Positions 52,701-62,960 of a stretch of 64,000 nucleotides of DNA are shown here, in pieces (the first letter of the stretch is position 1; every line of letters starts with the position of its first letter). The DNA is from Epithemia pelagica. Its lineage: Eukaryota; Protista; Bacillariophyta. Below the pieces are notes generated by a model. It made no database searches and was not told the origin of the DNA. It worked only from the letters and a program-made list of their open reading frames with translations. The position numbers were made by a program, and so were the translations under genes. Location: positions 5,394,001 to 5,458,000 of the forward strand of contig OX337229.1 in NCBI GenBank assembly GCA_946965045.2, in the 5' to 3' direction.

Positions 52701-53911
52701 ACTTGCCCTTGACAAAGAGGTTATTGCACATTCGCTAAAAAAGAATCTCGCCGATGAGGCTCTGGAAGAAGAAAAAGGAAACTCTGTTAACGATAGCGAC
52801 AAAACACTTACTTTTGAGCAAACAAGTTCGATAAAGCTTCTTCCACCGAAAGTGGAGAATATTGAGGATAAAGAATGAACTGTTCAAACATGTAGAGTCG
52901 CAAAGCATCATCAAAAACAAATTGACTGCGGTCTTGGTTGCGTAGTTCACAAAGACGTTTGTCGAGGGCTTCTTGCTTTACGATGAGTTGCGATGACTCT
53001 GCAGCAATTTCGCAATTCACCAAGTGAATCCAGAACATCATTAGCGACAGAGGTATCGGCATGGGGTGAGATTGTGCATTTTCCATGAACACACCATGTC
53101 TCGAAGACGTGGACACAGCACCCGATAAAGTACGTCGCCGTTTGGACGCACGCGGCATAGAGTCACGATCTTCCGTTACGCTAGCTTCGTTCAGAAGCCG
53201 CAGGGTACAGGCATCCTGAAGATGGTCGACAAGATCGATAATTCCCGAACCGTCTTTTTTCAACACCTGCTGCTGAATTTTTTGTTGGGGATCATTGCAT
53301 GTAAAATCTTTCACGAGCAATTCCAGCAGACGTCCATCTGGAGATGGGAAGAAAAGGAATGTTTCTGCAATCTTCAAAATGTTTCGCAAGGTCAACGCTG
53401 AAAGGTATGACAAAAAGAGGTACCATGTACACCTGTGCAGATCCTGTATCTTTAAAAGCATTTCACCGGTGTGTCCTTCGCATTGGAGCAACCGTTTCGA
53501 ATGCAACCGATGGATTCGAGAAAGCCGTTCCCGGATGCTCGCAACATCTTGACCACGAGGATCCACAGGCACGTCTTCATCGTCCAGTCGAGGGAGTGAT
53601 CGTGCCCATTTGTGTATGAGAGCCACTTTCAAGTCCTTCACAAGGTCCAAATAAGTTTTTGCCATTGACTCGAGTTCATACTGCTCATAAACCACGGAAG
53701 ATACGTATCCCCCAACAAAGCCACGGTCAGAGTGAGATACCACAACCCTCCCACCAAAACCTTCCCGATCTTGTTCTTCATGCAGGCGTTGAAGGAGTTT
53801 CCGCTTGCGTTCCAATTCCTCAGCATCACCCGCGAACGTCCAAATAGGACCTGAACGAGATCTCTTGACAAAAGGTTTTCGAGAATGCAGACTTCTGTTT
53901 ATGCTCATCAT
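46701..53911 (-). CDS. Single ~2380-aa gene, 2 exons (53911-52812; then 52734 or 52761 to 46701): helical N-terminus, long acidic repeat region, basic C-terminus
   Basis: Consensus donor AA|GTAAGT at 52811. Acceptors tttttag (52735) and ttccag (52762) both restore the frame of ORF 46701..52802. The C-terminus is Lys/Arg/Ser-rich with KRGRP. Confidence 0.75.
47860..49060 (-). repeat. Coding tandem repeat, ~7.5 copies of ~156 bp (52 aa)
   Basis: The tcaggtggctctgatac landmark recurs at 47941, 48097, 48250, 48406, 48562, 48718, 48877 and 49021. Unit EEDLNDTATESAEPVTEGKVSEPPETNDTAGDEVIAPLPDGPPKVSTEAV. Confidence 0.95.
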
Positions 53912-54343
53912 TGTTGCTTACTGTTTCTTCCTAAAAAATGGCCACACCGACAACGCGGGCATCGTTGCGCGTTTCCGTTTCTCGCCGTCGGGGGTTGCCG
54001 GCGGTGGCCGGACAGACGAGTCAGCAGTTAGGTCGCGTATATGTCATCACTCCCTCACACGCACTCCCCTCTATAGAAGTAGTTGGGGATATTGCGTTTT
54101 ACTATGGGATTCGGAAGCAGATATTTTGGAGATTTTGGCTGAGGATTAAAGTCGATTCGAAGTGACGCTTTTTGACGTTTGACAGGCTGTAGCAGCCGCG
54201 TTTGACACAAAAATCAGAATCGGACATCAGACACGCATTAGCATTGGGTTCGGGCAGTCAGCAGAATCGGCAATCGCAGAAGATGACCAGAATCATCCTT
54301 GGTTTTTCGAACGGCTCACTTTTTGAATAGAGAAGACATACGA

Positions 54344-56308
54344 ATGAAAATGACGAAACCGAGCATGTTTATCGTCACTGCATCTTTCATGGAAGCGGTG
54401 ATTCTTATGCTCGGCATCCATGTTTCTTCAGCGGCCTTCTGTCGCAGTCCTCATGACAACGGGATTTGGAATAAGCACCTGTATGGCGGGCGCCATAGCA
54501 TCGGACAAGTCGCAACCCTCACGTCTCCAGGACAATACCGGAGTCGGAACAACATTGTTTCAAGGAAGTTTCGTGACTCAGATGAGGAGGGTCTTGGCAA
54601 AGTATTGTCGTTATCATTGCCTTGGCAACAGAATGGTGGTCTGCCCTGGAGCTTTTGGCCACCCCAGTCCAATCATACATCATCACAGACATGGGAGAAT
54701 GACATGCTTGGTTTGGTAGAGGACATGTTGAAACATTTTTCTGATCATTTCGAGAGAATTACCCCTGATGTCATGGAACGACCATCCATCTTTGAATGGG
54801 CACTTGAAATGACGGGCTACAGTCATCAACAAGAAGGATGGCGAGTGGTTCACTTCTTCGACAAGATTGTGAGGAAAACATCCAAGGGACATGCATCCAG
54901 ATCCCTCGTTTCAAATGGTTTACGGAGTCAAGGCGTTGTCTGTTTAGACCCGTTGGTAGATACACAGAAAGACAATGTACAAAACACATTGGGGAAGGCT
55001 CACAGCAATCCAATGACAGATGCAAATCGATCAGAAGAACGCAAGACGGATACTAGTCGCACAGCAGCGGCACTGTTTGAGCCTTTTGAATCTGCTGTGG
55101 AACTCCATGGTTGGAGTCACGAACTGGAAGACATGTACAAAATGTCGCGAATGTCCTCGACGATATACAACAAAGACAGCTCGGCAACTGTGAAGGAATT
55201 ATTGGCTGTTGGTGAAACACTGGTTGCGTCGGGTACCACGGCAAATGTTAAGTGGTTTGTCTCGGATTCAGATCAATGTACAAGCTCCAAGAAGGGAGAC
55301 TGCGAAAAGGTTCGAACAATAACCATTCGCGGCTTTGATGCATCTGATGAAACCGTGGATCGAGAGAGCTTATTTTACACAATATGTTCCGCTCAACCTG
55401 AAAAGGTGGATCTTGGCACAAAAGGAAAGATCCTGGTTCATTCCGGTTTGTATCGACTTGCAGAGCAGCTGTACCACTATGTACTGAAACCACATCTGAA
55501 CAGTCCGGATGGCCCTAAAAAAATTGTCCTGACTGGACACTCTATCGGAGGTGCCTTGTCAACTTTGCTGTTGATATGGACAACTTTGGATCAAGGGGTT
55601 GAGATGGTGTCTCGTCGCATTCTCAAAGTTTATACATTTGGTGCGCCGCCAGTAGCCACGGCCTCAGCCACCTATTCTCAGCACGATCAACATAACACTG
55701 ACCGAGGCAGACGAATGAGAATGTCGTCGGATGTCAAAATGGACACGCTATACCCTTGCGATGTCCTTCAGACACTCGGTCTGTCTTCTGCCTTGGTGCA
55801 TGGCTACATACAACCATGGGATCCAATAACGAGGCTGTTCTCAGAAATCGACCCCGTCTATCCACTTATTGGCGAAATCGACATGGAGAACCATGGTGAC
55901 TGTGGCATGGTTTTATGGCCCCGAGGCCCGCCTCGTACACTCCGACCTATCACGAGTGCAATCCTGGAAGCCTGGGGAGAACCGGGATGGTCCCAGTTTC
56001 GTGATGAGTACCGGAATAACTGCAATCAAAAATATGATAGTGTTGGAGTCCAACACGTCTTTCTACCAGAACCAAAGCGCCACACCACGGAAAGCTCCAT
56101 GCTTGCCAGTGTTGTGGACATTGGTGTCCCGCCTGTACAGACGATTGTTCGTTTGTCTTCGCACGATTTGTATCCTGCCCTCACAAACGTTTTCCCACTG
56201 GATGTGTTCGAAATCAGCAATGTGCCCCAGGCGATACGAAGTTTCGTTCATCATTTCTACCCTGCCTACGTTGCATCATTGGCCGACTTTATGAAGCGGC
56301 TGCGCTAA
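54344..56308 (+). CDS. Class 3 lipase (phospholipase A1/galactolipase-like), probably plastid-targeted
   Basis: Signal peptide ending VSSAAF. Motifs ITIRGF, LVHSGLY, nucleophile elbow VLTGHSIGG and VYTFGAPPV. Confidence 0.88.
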   Translation: MKMTKPSMFIVTASFMEAVILMLGIHVSSAAFCRSPHDNGIWNKHLYGGRHSIGQVATLTSPGQYRSRNNIVSRKFRDSDEEGLGKVLSLSLPWQQNGGLPWSFWPPQSNHTSSQTWENDMLGLVEDMLKHFSDHFERITPDVMERPSIFEWALEMTGYSHQQEGWRVVHFFDKIVRKTSKGHASRSLVSNGLRSQGVVCLDPLVDTQKDNVQNTLGKAHSNPMTDANRSEERKTDTSRTAAALFEPFESAVELHGWSHELEDMYKMSRMSSTIYNKDSSATVKELLAVGETLVASGTTANVKWFVSDSDQCTSSKKGDCEKVRTITIRGFDASDETVDRESLFYTICSAQPEKVDLGTKGKILVHSGLYRLAEQLYHYVLKPHLNSPDGPKKIVLTGHSIGGALSTLLLIWTTLDQGVEMVSRRILKVYTFGAPPVATASATYSQHDQHNTDRGRRMRMSSDVKMDTLYPCDVLQTLGLSSALVHGYIQPWDPITRLFSEIDPVYPLIGEIDMENHGDCGMVLWPRGPPRTLRPITSAILEAWGEPGWSQFRDEYRNNCNQKYDSVGVQHVFLPEPKRHTTESSMLASVVDIGVPPVQTIVRLSSHDLYPALTNVFPLDVFEISNVPQAIRSFVHHFYPAYVASLADFMKRLR

Positions 56309-56815
56309 CCTTCATTTGAACGGATGGTAGGAACACGCTTAAGCGCAGATAGGCAATTGTTAATGGGCGAAAAGTTACGTATTACTCCAAGTTCTGATAT
56401 CTTCTTCTTTGATGATCTTAACGGCTTGAGATTTCCTCAAAGAGAACTTGAAGCTTGATGAAAGGGACACAGTCGTTCCTTGTTTCAATTCCTTCTAGGC
56501 GTCGTAAGACTACCTAGAGGAGAAGGAGTTTTCACTATACTCCAGCACTACCCGTACTACCTTATTCCACCCCGGCGTGGTCTGGTGCATTGCTTATAAG
56601 CGTTATATAGCGTTAGAGGCGTTAGACGTATTTAACAACCATAGCCGATTCTTGTCGAAGAATCGCCGGCACGGTTGGACGCCTTTTCACTGACTTTCAA
56701 CCACAGCCCCAGCTCCAACATCTCCAAGAACCAAGAGCAGGAGCAGCAAACACCGTCGTCATTGTGAAGCATCCGTTCAATCCTCCATCGAAATAAAACA
56801 ATACAGAGATAAAAG

Positions 56816-57124
56816 ATGTGCAGCAGTGTCGGTGAAGGTTCCCAGTGCTGCGCGTTCTACTCCGCCACAGGATTCGTCTTTTGTCTGTGGGTCGGACTAA
56901 TGCTCCAATATCAGCCCTTTTTTGTTGGTGGCATCGAAGATGCTGACGAGGCGAAGAAGAGCGCCTTTGGCGCAACTGGAATGTTCCTTTTTACGTTTAT
57001 TGCATCCGTCTTGGGAATCTGGATGGACTCTGGAACCAAAACTGAAACTGTCGAGGCAAATGGAACTGAAGCCGAGTATCAACTGGCTACCGACGATGTC
57101 CCAACCTACGGAACGACTCACTAG
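56816..57124 (+). CDS. RNASEK: RNase-kappa-like / V-ATPase-associated two-TM small protein (102 aa)
   Basis: SQCCAFYSATGFVFCLWVGLMLQYQP (TM1), short loop, AKKSAFGATGMFLFTFIASVLGIW (TM2). Confidence 0.72.
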   Translation: MCSSVGEGSQCCAFYSATGFVFCLWVGLMLQYQPFFVGGIEDADEAKKSAFGATGMFLFTFIASVLGIWMDSGTKTETVEANGTEAEYQLATDDVPTYGTTH

Positions 57125-58428
57125 GTAGAGAACACGAATGGAAGACGCAAGCAACTCCGTTGAATTCCTCAGTACACGGCAAATCAAAGCTTTGCTGTCA
57201 TATCAAGTCTGTCGCAGGTCTAGTTGGATTCAGCATCCTCTGTTTCTGACTGTGAAGATCGCTGAAGCCACTGTCTGTCTCTGACGGTCTTGAGCGAACC
57301 GATTCTGTAACCAACTTATCATTTTGTGAACAATTATAGACTACGCACCTCGTTATTCTAAGGAGTAACTTTCTTCTGTTCTGTTATTCCACTTATCTTC
57401 ACATACAATGGATAATTCTAGAATGAAATGTAGACTTCGGGAATATCGTTGCGGAGAAGCGGGCAGATAATTTCCAGCCTCCTTATTCCCGAAACATGGA
57501 ATCATAGATGAGGAGCTACAGCGGTTGGTGGATCTAACGTGCACGGTTCTATCGTGCCTCTTTTCTGATTTTTCACAATTGGGTGCTCAAGAAATCCAAT
57601 TCAACGATGAATTCTCATGCAATACGTATGTTTTTAACAGCATGCTAGGAATATTCGGTTCATAGCTTTCGACTTTACACTGTTTGGTTATGAAAAACTG
57701 TTTATTCAGAGCCACAGACAAAAGGTTTCGGTTTCAGTTCGTATCTCCATAGCTACCTGGCGCTTTCTACCTAGTTCGAATCGAAGTGGTGAGCATGACT
57801 TGTTCATGCACAGAATGGAGATCTCATAGTCGAGGTTATTCTGGGTTTTCAGATCACATTCAATGGGATTGGTGGTCATGGGCGTCGTAGCTTATGGCGT
57901 CGCTCTCATGCCGAGAGATGCTTCTCGGCGACTAGGTAGGGTAGCGGCGAACGTGGTGCGGCCTGCAACATGTCGCAAGAGACTGCGAGAAGAGATTTAC
58001 TATTAAAAAAACAGTAAGAAAAAATTCACTATGGCATACACAGTGGCAAACTCTTGAGTCGTGGAACAACATGTTACCTTTCGAACTTCGAACTGTGGAG
58101 GTAGAGCAAACCATAGATCTTTCTCTTAGTGATGCATGTCATGCCACTTTGAAACATTCATCTAAAGTTTTCAATCGACACAAAAGAACAGAAGAACTAG
58201 ACCATGGGAAAGATCGTAGACCTTCCTTCATGTGTTGGTAAGTTCACAATCTTGAAGCCATGACGAGTGAACCGTAGGATGACCCATTGCGTCTTGCTTG
58301 AAACAGAGACAAAGGATCAACAGAGAAGGATAGCGCTTCACGAAGGAGAGTTACAACTGCAACCGCAGGTACGAAGCTGCGATGGGCTTTTCCAGGTTTT
58401 CCTTCTGACGAAAGTTTTGGGTATTGTC

Positions 58429-59835
58429 ATGTCGGATCATAATCTGACAGAAAAAAGCAACGAACTTGAAAGAGAAGTGGACAAAGTTCACACAGAGCTT
58501 GGATTTTCCTTCATCGATGCTTCTTCGAGAAGCGCACCGGAACCAACGAAAGCACGCATCATTCTTGCAATATTGGTTTGGATTGAGAAGAACCTTGAAC
58601 GAAAAGTTCCTACTTCTTCCACTCATCTTGTTCAGAACACTCTGGAGGAACTAAAATCGCTCTTTTATGAAAGAGATGACCACATGAGAAGTGACGTTCA
58701 GGACCGATGCCATCGAGAAGACGGTGTGCACAGAGCAAGCGTCACTCCTTGCTCAGTCAATAGCACGTATGCGAAGCCATCGCCTGAAATGGATGAGAAG
58801 GAAGGTACCTCGGAGTCCATATCCAATCCTGTGTTCCAACAGAAAGCACGGAGTACCGAGTCCATCACCGGCACGGACGACAAAGAGGATCTTTTCGAAA
58901 CAAAAGCGTCCTTCCGGACAGACAAGGTTATATGCCAGTCCGGGGGCCCCACGATATCCAACAGGTCTTCAGCTCGTCGGAAGCAAAAGGACCAATCCAA
59001 TATGCTTGGAGTTGCGCCTGAGTTGATGGATTGTACGAGAAGTCTTTCCGAGCTCAAAAAGGAGTTTTATCTTCAACATCAAAGGGCGAAACGACGAAGA
59101 AGGCATAAACATGACGTGGTGTCCGGCAAAGGCGAGAAAGCCAAAATGCAGAACGAGGGGTATCTAGAGTTGATCCGCTCCAACGCCCCTTTCTTCCGAG
59201 CTATGAATACAGGTGACTGTGACACAGATCTTGACGAAAAGCGTAGACTTGCATATTGCATCTGTCTCAAGGTGGTCGGCCGAGGAGGGTGTTTTCTTGG
59301 GAAGGACAATAAGCCTATGGAAACACACAAGGCATTCAAGCGGGTAATGACTTCGCTCAAGGACTGGAGGAAGCCCGGCGGCAAGAAATCAAAGGGGACC
59401 AAGAAATCCCAGAAGAAAACATTGCCCTATCCCAAACTGAATCATACAGGTGAGAGTGATCAGACCAGAGACCCTGTTATTGTCAGATCGCATAATCCAA
59501 ATGACAAGTTGACAGGCTTCAAGTTTGAGTCCCACGTCGATAAGGATGAGCCAAAGGAGACAGAAGATCCAACCATCATGAACCAGTACCATCTCAATGA
59601 AGAGTTGACAGATCTCAACTTTGATTTCCATACACACGAGGATGTACCGCAAGGTGTTGATGTACCGCAAGGTGATGTCGTGTCCACCAAGGAGGGACAA
59701 AAAATCAAGCAGGTCATTCCTGATCAACTGCTCTCTGAATCCCAGATGATGAGTGTGACTTCTAATCATTCCACAGATTTCCTTCTTGGGTCATTCTTTG
59801 ACATTCATGACGACATGTCGCTCAATATCCTGTGA
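58429..59835 (+). CDS. DUF6824-like diatom domain protein; 5' exon structure uncertain
   Basis: YLELIRSNAPFF...EKRRLAYCICLKVVGRGGCFL...AFKRVMTSLKD resembles the EK..IA..IV..I...GGRFL...KV.QALRD pattern, preceded by a basic NLS-like stretch. Confidence 0.55.
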   Translation: MSDHNLTEKSNELEREVDKVHTELGFSFIDASSRSAPEPTKARIILAILVWIEKNLERKVPTSSTHLVQNTLEELKSLFYERDDHMRSDVQDRCHREDGVHRASVTPCSVNSTYAKPSPEMDEKEGTSESISNPVFQQKARSTESITGTDDKEDLFETKASFRTDKVICQSGGPTISNRSSARRKQKDQSNMLGVAPELMDCTRSLSELKKEFYLQHQRAKRRRRHKHDVVSGKGEKAKMQNEGYLELIRSNAPFFRAMNTGDCDTDLDEKRRLAYCICLKVVGRGGCFLGKDNKPMETHKAFKRVMTSLKDWRKPGGKKSKGTKKSQKKTLPYPKLNHTGESDQTRDPVIVRSHNPNDKLTGFKFESHVDKDEPKETEDPTIMNQYHLNEELTDLNFDFHTHEDVPQGVDVPQGDVVSTKEGQKIKQVIPDQLLSESQMMSVTSNHSTDFLLGSFFDIHDDMSLNIL

Positions 59836-60901
59836 AGCCAAGCTAGACCGCACGTTACGTGTCGATTCAAGAATCTATAGGATTTCGCAAACGTTGTTTC
59901 CCTGTTCTGTACGCAGATTTAAAATCAAAAATTCATTCCATGCAACTATCTGTAGGAGTGAGGTAGAGAGTTATGTGTCGTAGGTCATCCACGAAAAAGA
60001 ACGCCATCAGAAAAAGGAAAGCTGCTTGTCCAACAATATTGGCCATCTCTTTTTCCTGCTGCAATCATTAACGACCCCAGCGCACGTCGTCACAAGTTCG
60101 TACGACACATCACCAAATCAAAGCATTTTCCATTCCCTACCAGTTTGATGGAACAAGTTTCACGTCATGAGGCGGTGCGATTCATTCAACATTTTCACCC
60201 ATGATGTTCATGCTTTCTCAAGGTATCATTATCGTCATGAGAGCGAAATCCTCCTTTTTACGTGCCGACCCACAAGAGACCCTAGCCTGTTCATCCCGTC
60301 AAACCATGGACTTCTTCGAGGTCCAATTCCCATATTGTCGTCTGCCAGCATCACATGCGGCGCGGATCTTCAAATGGCCTTGGGTTGGTTCCTTCGTTTC
60401 TTTCTCACTTGGAGGAATTGGAGCTGGTTCTCGAGTCTGAGCTGCAAAAGCTTCGATGATTTGGGGCAAGTAGGTTTCATCGATTGCGGCTACGTTCGCC
60501 ATTTTGACGACGAATCCTTTCCAACAGGAATTCGGGTGCCTCTTCCATCCCGTTTACGTAGTCTCCTCGCAAGGTATTCGTAGACATTCGAGCCGTTCTC
60601 GGGACAACGATTCCATTGCCATCTCCATCTCGCCATCGCTCCGATCTGAGTCGTGCGTGGCCGCACTATCTGTCTGTCTGTCGCTCCACAGATGTGCACG
60701 ACGGACCGACCGTCCCTCGAAAGATCTGGCGAGCGTGCGCATGCGGCCCTTCCGTTAAGTTTCAAACAATCTCCTTCTCGCCAAAACATTTTCTCTTGTT
60801 CGTGCACTCTCAGTGAAAAGTCACGCATCCGCAACAACAAAGGAACAATCAATAAAAGGTCAGCCGTCGTGAGCGATCCAGGACCTATCCCCGAGACGAA
60901 G

Positions 60902-61831
60902 ATGACCATGAGACAGTGTTTCTTGCCGCTGCTGCTTCTGCTTTCGTCGTTCCGCTCAGGTCTGCCCATGGATGTGGAGATTAAGAGTTTTGAGTGCGAC
61001 CAGAACCTTTATATTTCCATTGGCTACCTCGAGCTCGATTGTGATGGCAGCTCCCGATGTACCTTTGGCACCTATGCGAATGTGAAAGGATATCTCAAAT
61101 ATCAGAACGACCTCGACCTTTCGGGCCTTTACGATGAAGCCAACGATTACCAGTACATGTATCTGAAAGGCAACATGAACACAGTGACTGTGCAGTATGA
61201 TCTCATGGACTTTTACCCAGTCCCCCTGTGCTGGACCGTTGATGCAAACAACGATGATGGAGGAAATGCTGGCTACGAAGCGGCACAATATGAGGATGGA
61301 CAGGCACAATATGAGGATGGACAGTACGATCAATACCAGGCATATCAGTACCAAAATGGCCAGAACGGAGGAAGGGCACTATATGATCAGGCTCAGGCTC
61401 AGTACGATTGTCCCGGCGATGGTGACTTCCCGTTTGATGTCGAATACAAGCTTCCCTCTTCTGACAATGAAGCGATTTCATGGATGGCGACGGGTTGGAC
61501 AGGAACCAGTGAATTCTACGTTTACGCCAAAGCCGAGGACGAAGGCGGATCGAGCTATCCGTTGGGACACTGTACCATTGCCTTTGGAACATATGTGACT
61601 GCGAGTGGAGCCGAAGGTTTGATTCATACCCCATCGGCCGCAACAACAGTTGGTATCATTCTGGCCTCATTCTTTATGCTTACCCTTATTGCCATGTACT
61701 GCTATTGCTGCGTCAAACGCAGAAAGAGAAAGTTTGAAAATCACGAGGGAGATGACATTACGAGCACATTCCGCCGTATGGACACCACCGATGATGGCGA
61801 ACGTGTCAATATTGACGGAAAAGTTATCTAA
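60902..61831 (+). CDS. Type I membrane protein of a diatom-type family with a Tyr/Gln-rich insert (309 aa)
   Basis: Signal peptide MTMRQCFLPLLLLLSSFRSG and a Cys-containing ectodomain (CDGSSRCTFG, CPGDGDF, WMATGWTG, GHCT). TM VGIILASFFMLTLIAMYCYCCV followed by KRRKRK. Confidence 0.8.
   Translation: MTMRQCFLPLLLLLSSFRSGLPMDVEIKSFECDQNLYISIGYLELDCDGSSRCTFGTYANVKGYLKYQNDLDLSGLYDEANDYQYMYLKGNMNTVTVQYDLMDFYPVPLCWTVDANNDDGGNAGYEAAQYEDGQAQYEDGQYDQYQAYQYQNGQNGGRALYDQAQAQYDCPGDGDFPFDVEYKLPSSDNEAISWMATGWTGTSEFYVYAKAEDEGGSSYPLGHCTIAFGTYVTASGAEGLIHTPSAATTVGIILASFFMLTLIAMYCYCCVKRRKRKFENHEGDDITSTFRRMDTTDDGERVNIDGKVI
61282..61323 (+). repeat. Perfect 21-bp tandem duplication (AQYEDGQ x2)
   Basis: ggcacaatatgaggatggaca at 61282 and 61303. 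Confidence 0.95.
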
Positions 61832-62960
61832 AAGAAAGATTCTCATTATCATGAGCTGACAGCACAACAAGTGCGTGGCCGTAGCTACATGATGCTGGTT
61901 GATTTCACTGCTGCACACCTTATATATATTTTACTTCTACATAGGAAACCCGTGTAACGTTTAAACATATCCTTATACATTTTCTCGGTTCCTCGAAGAG
62001 CAGAGACATACACAAATGGAAGTATAGCGTTTGTTGAGCAGCAATAACCGGGAAGATTTTCCTGTGTTTTACAAATAATCTACTCCAAACTAGAGAGAGC
62101 ACAATAAAACAATGACTACAAGGATTGATATTATTTCATGTTGGTTGGTACACCTGCTTCCTCCTATGATACGATGGCTTCCATCCCAATCGTAGGTAGG
62201 AAATAGAACATGCAGACACTCATCATTGGTTCCTGCACACAGGAGCTCATTTTTATTTTCTGTCCGGGACATGTTGTACATGATGTGAAAATGTGCGCGC
62301 AGGGACGGAGGTGCGCGATGTCCCTCTCTGTGTTTGTCGATGCGCGCATTGGCGGAACAGACAAACCACAAAAGGAGCGTGTTCTACACTACTTATCGGC
62401 GAAACTGGCGATCGTTGTCGGACGTTTCCCTATCTATCCGAACTGGAGAGCCGACAGGTATCCGTTGCACATGCCAGTCGAAAGGATTCTCATAAGTATA
62501 TTTGGATCTCTGAGAAATCTACTTAGATAAGTTTTAAGGTACAAACTCCGAAATAATCGATAAGGTTTGCCACACGACTTGGCTGTGGCACGCGTCCGAT
62601 GGATACTCATTATTTATTGTGCGCATGTCGTGCTGTCGACCAAATTCGCCATCCGGCTGTTTCGCCCACCATTGTGGCGGTGCGTTTCGCCCACTCTCTT
62701 ACTTCTTTGGCACATCCATCGTCATCCTAGTGCGACGACAGGCTACTCTACATGGTTTCTTCCTTTACAACGACAACAACAAGTCCATAATAGTCTCTCT
62801 TGCTTGTCCTTGTTGCTGGATCTGTTGCCGCGTCGTGAAGCGAAAATCATCTTCATTCACGTTCGCTTGCTAGAATCTCTGGTGTGTGCATCGTCTGCTT
62901 GAAAATTGGTTGTTGGACGACCCATTTCCTTGGACGAACAACAAGAACAAACAAACAACA

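Noticed and set aside
52735-52811. Treating 52808..53911 and 46701..52802 as two genes
   Set aside because: The TAA lies inside a consensus GTAAGT donor, and two downstream acceptors restore the frame.
57770-57800. gttcgaatc as a tRNA T-loop
   Set aside because: No flanking T-stem, acceptor stem or D-arm could be folded.
59641-59673. 15-bp repeat gatgtaccgcaaggt x2
   Set aside because: Trivial in-frame slippage in a disordered tail (DVPQG x2).
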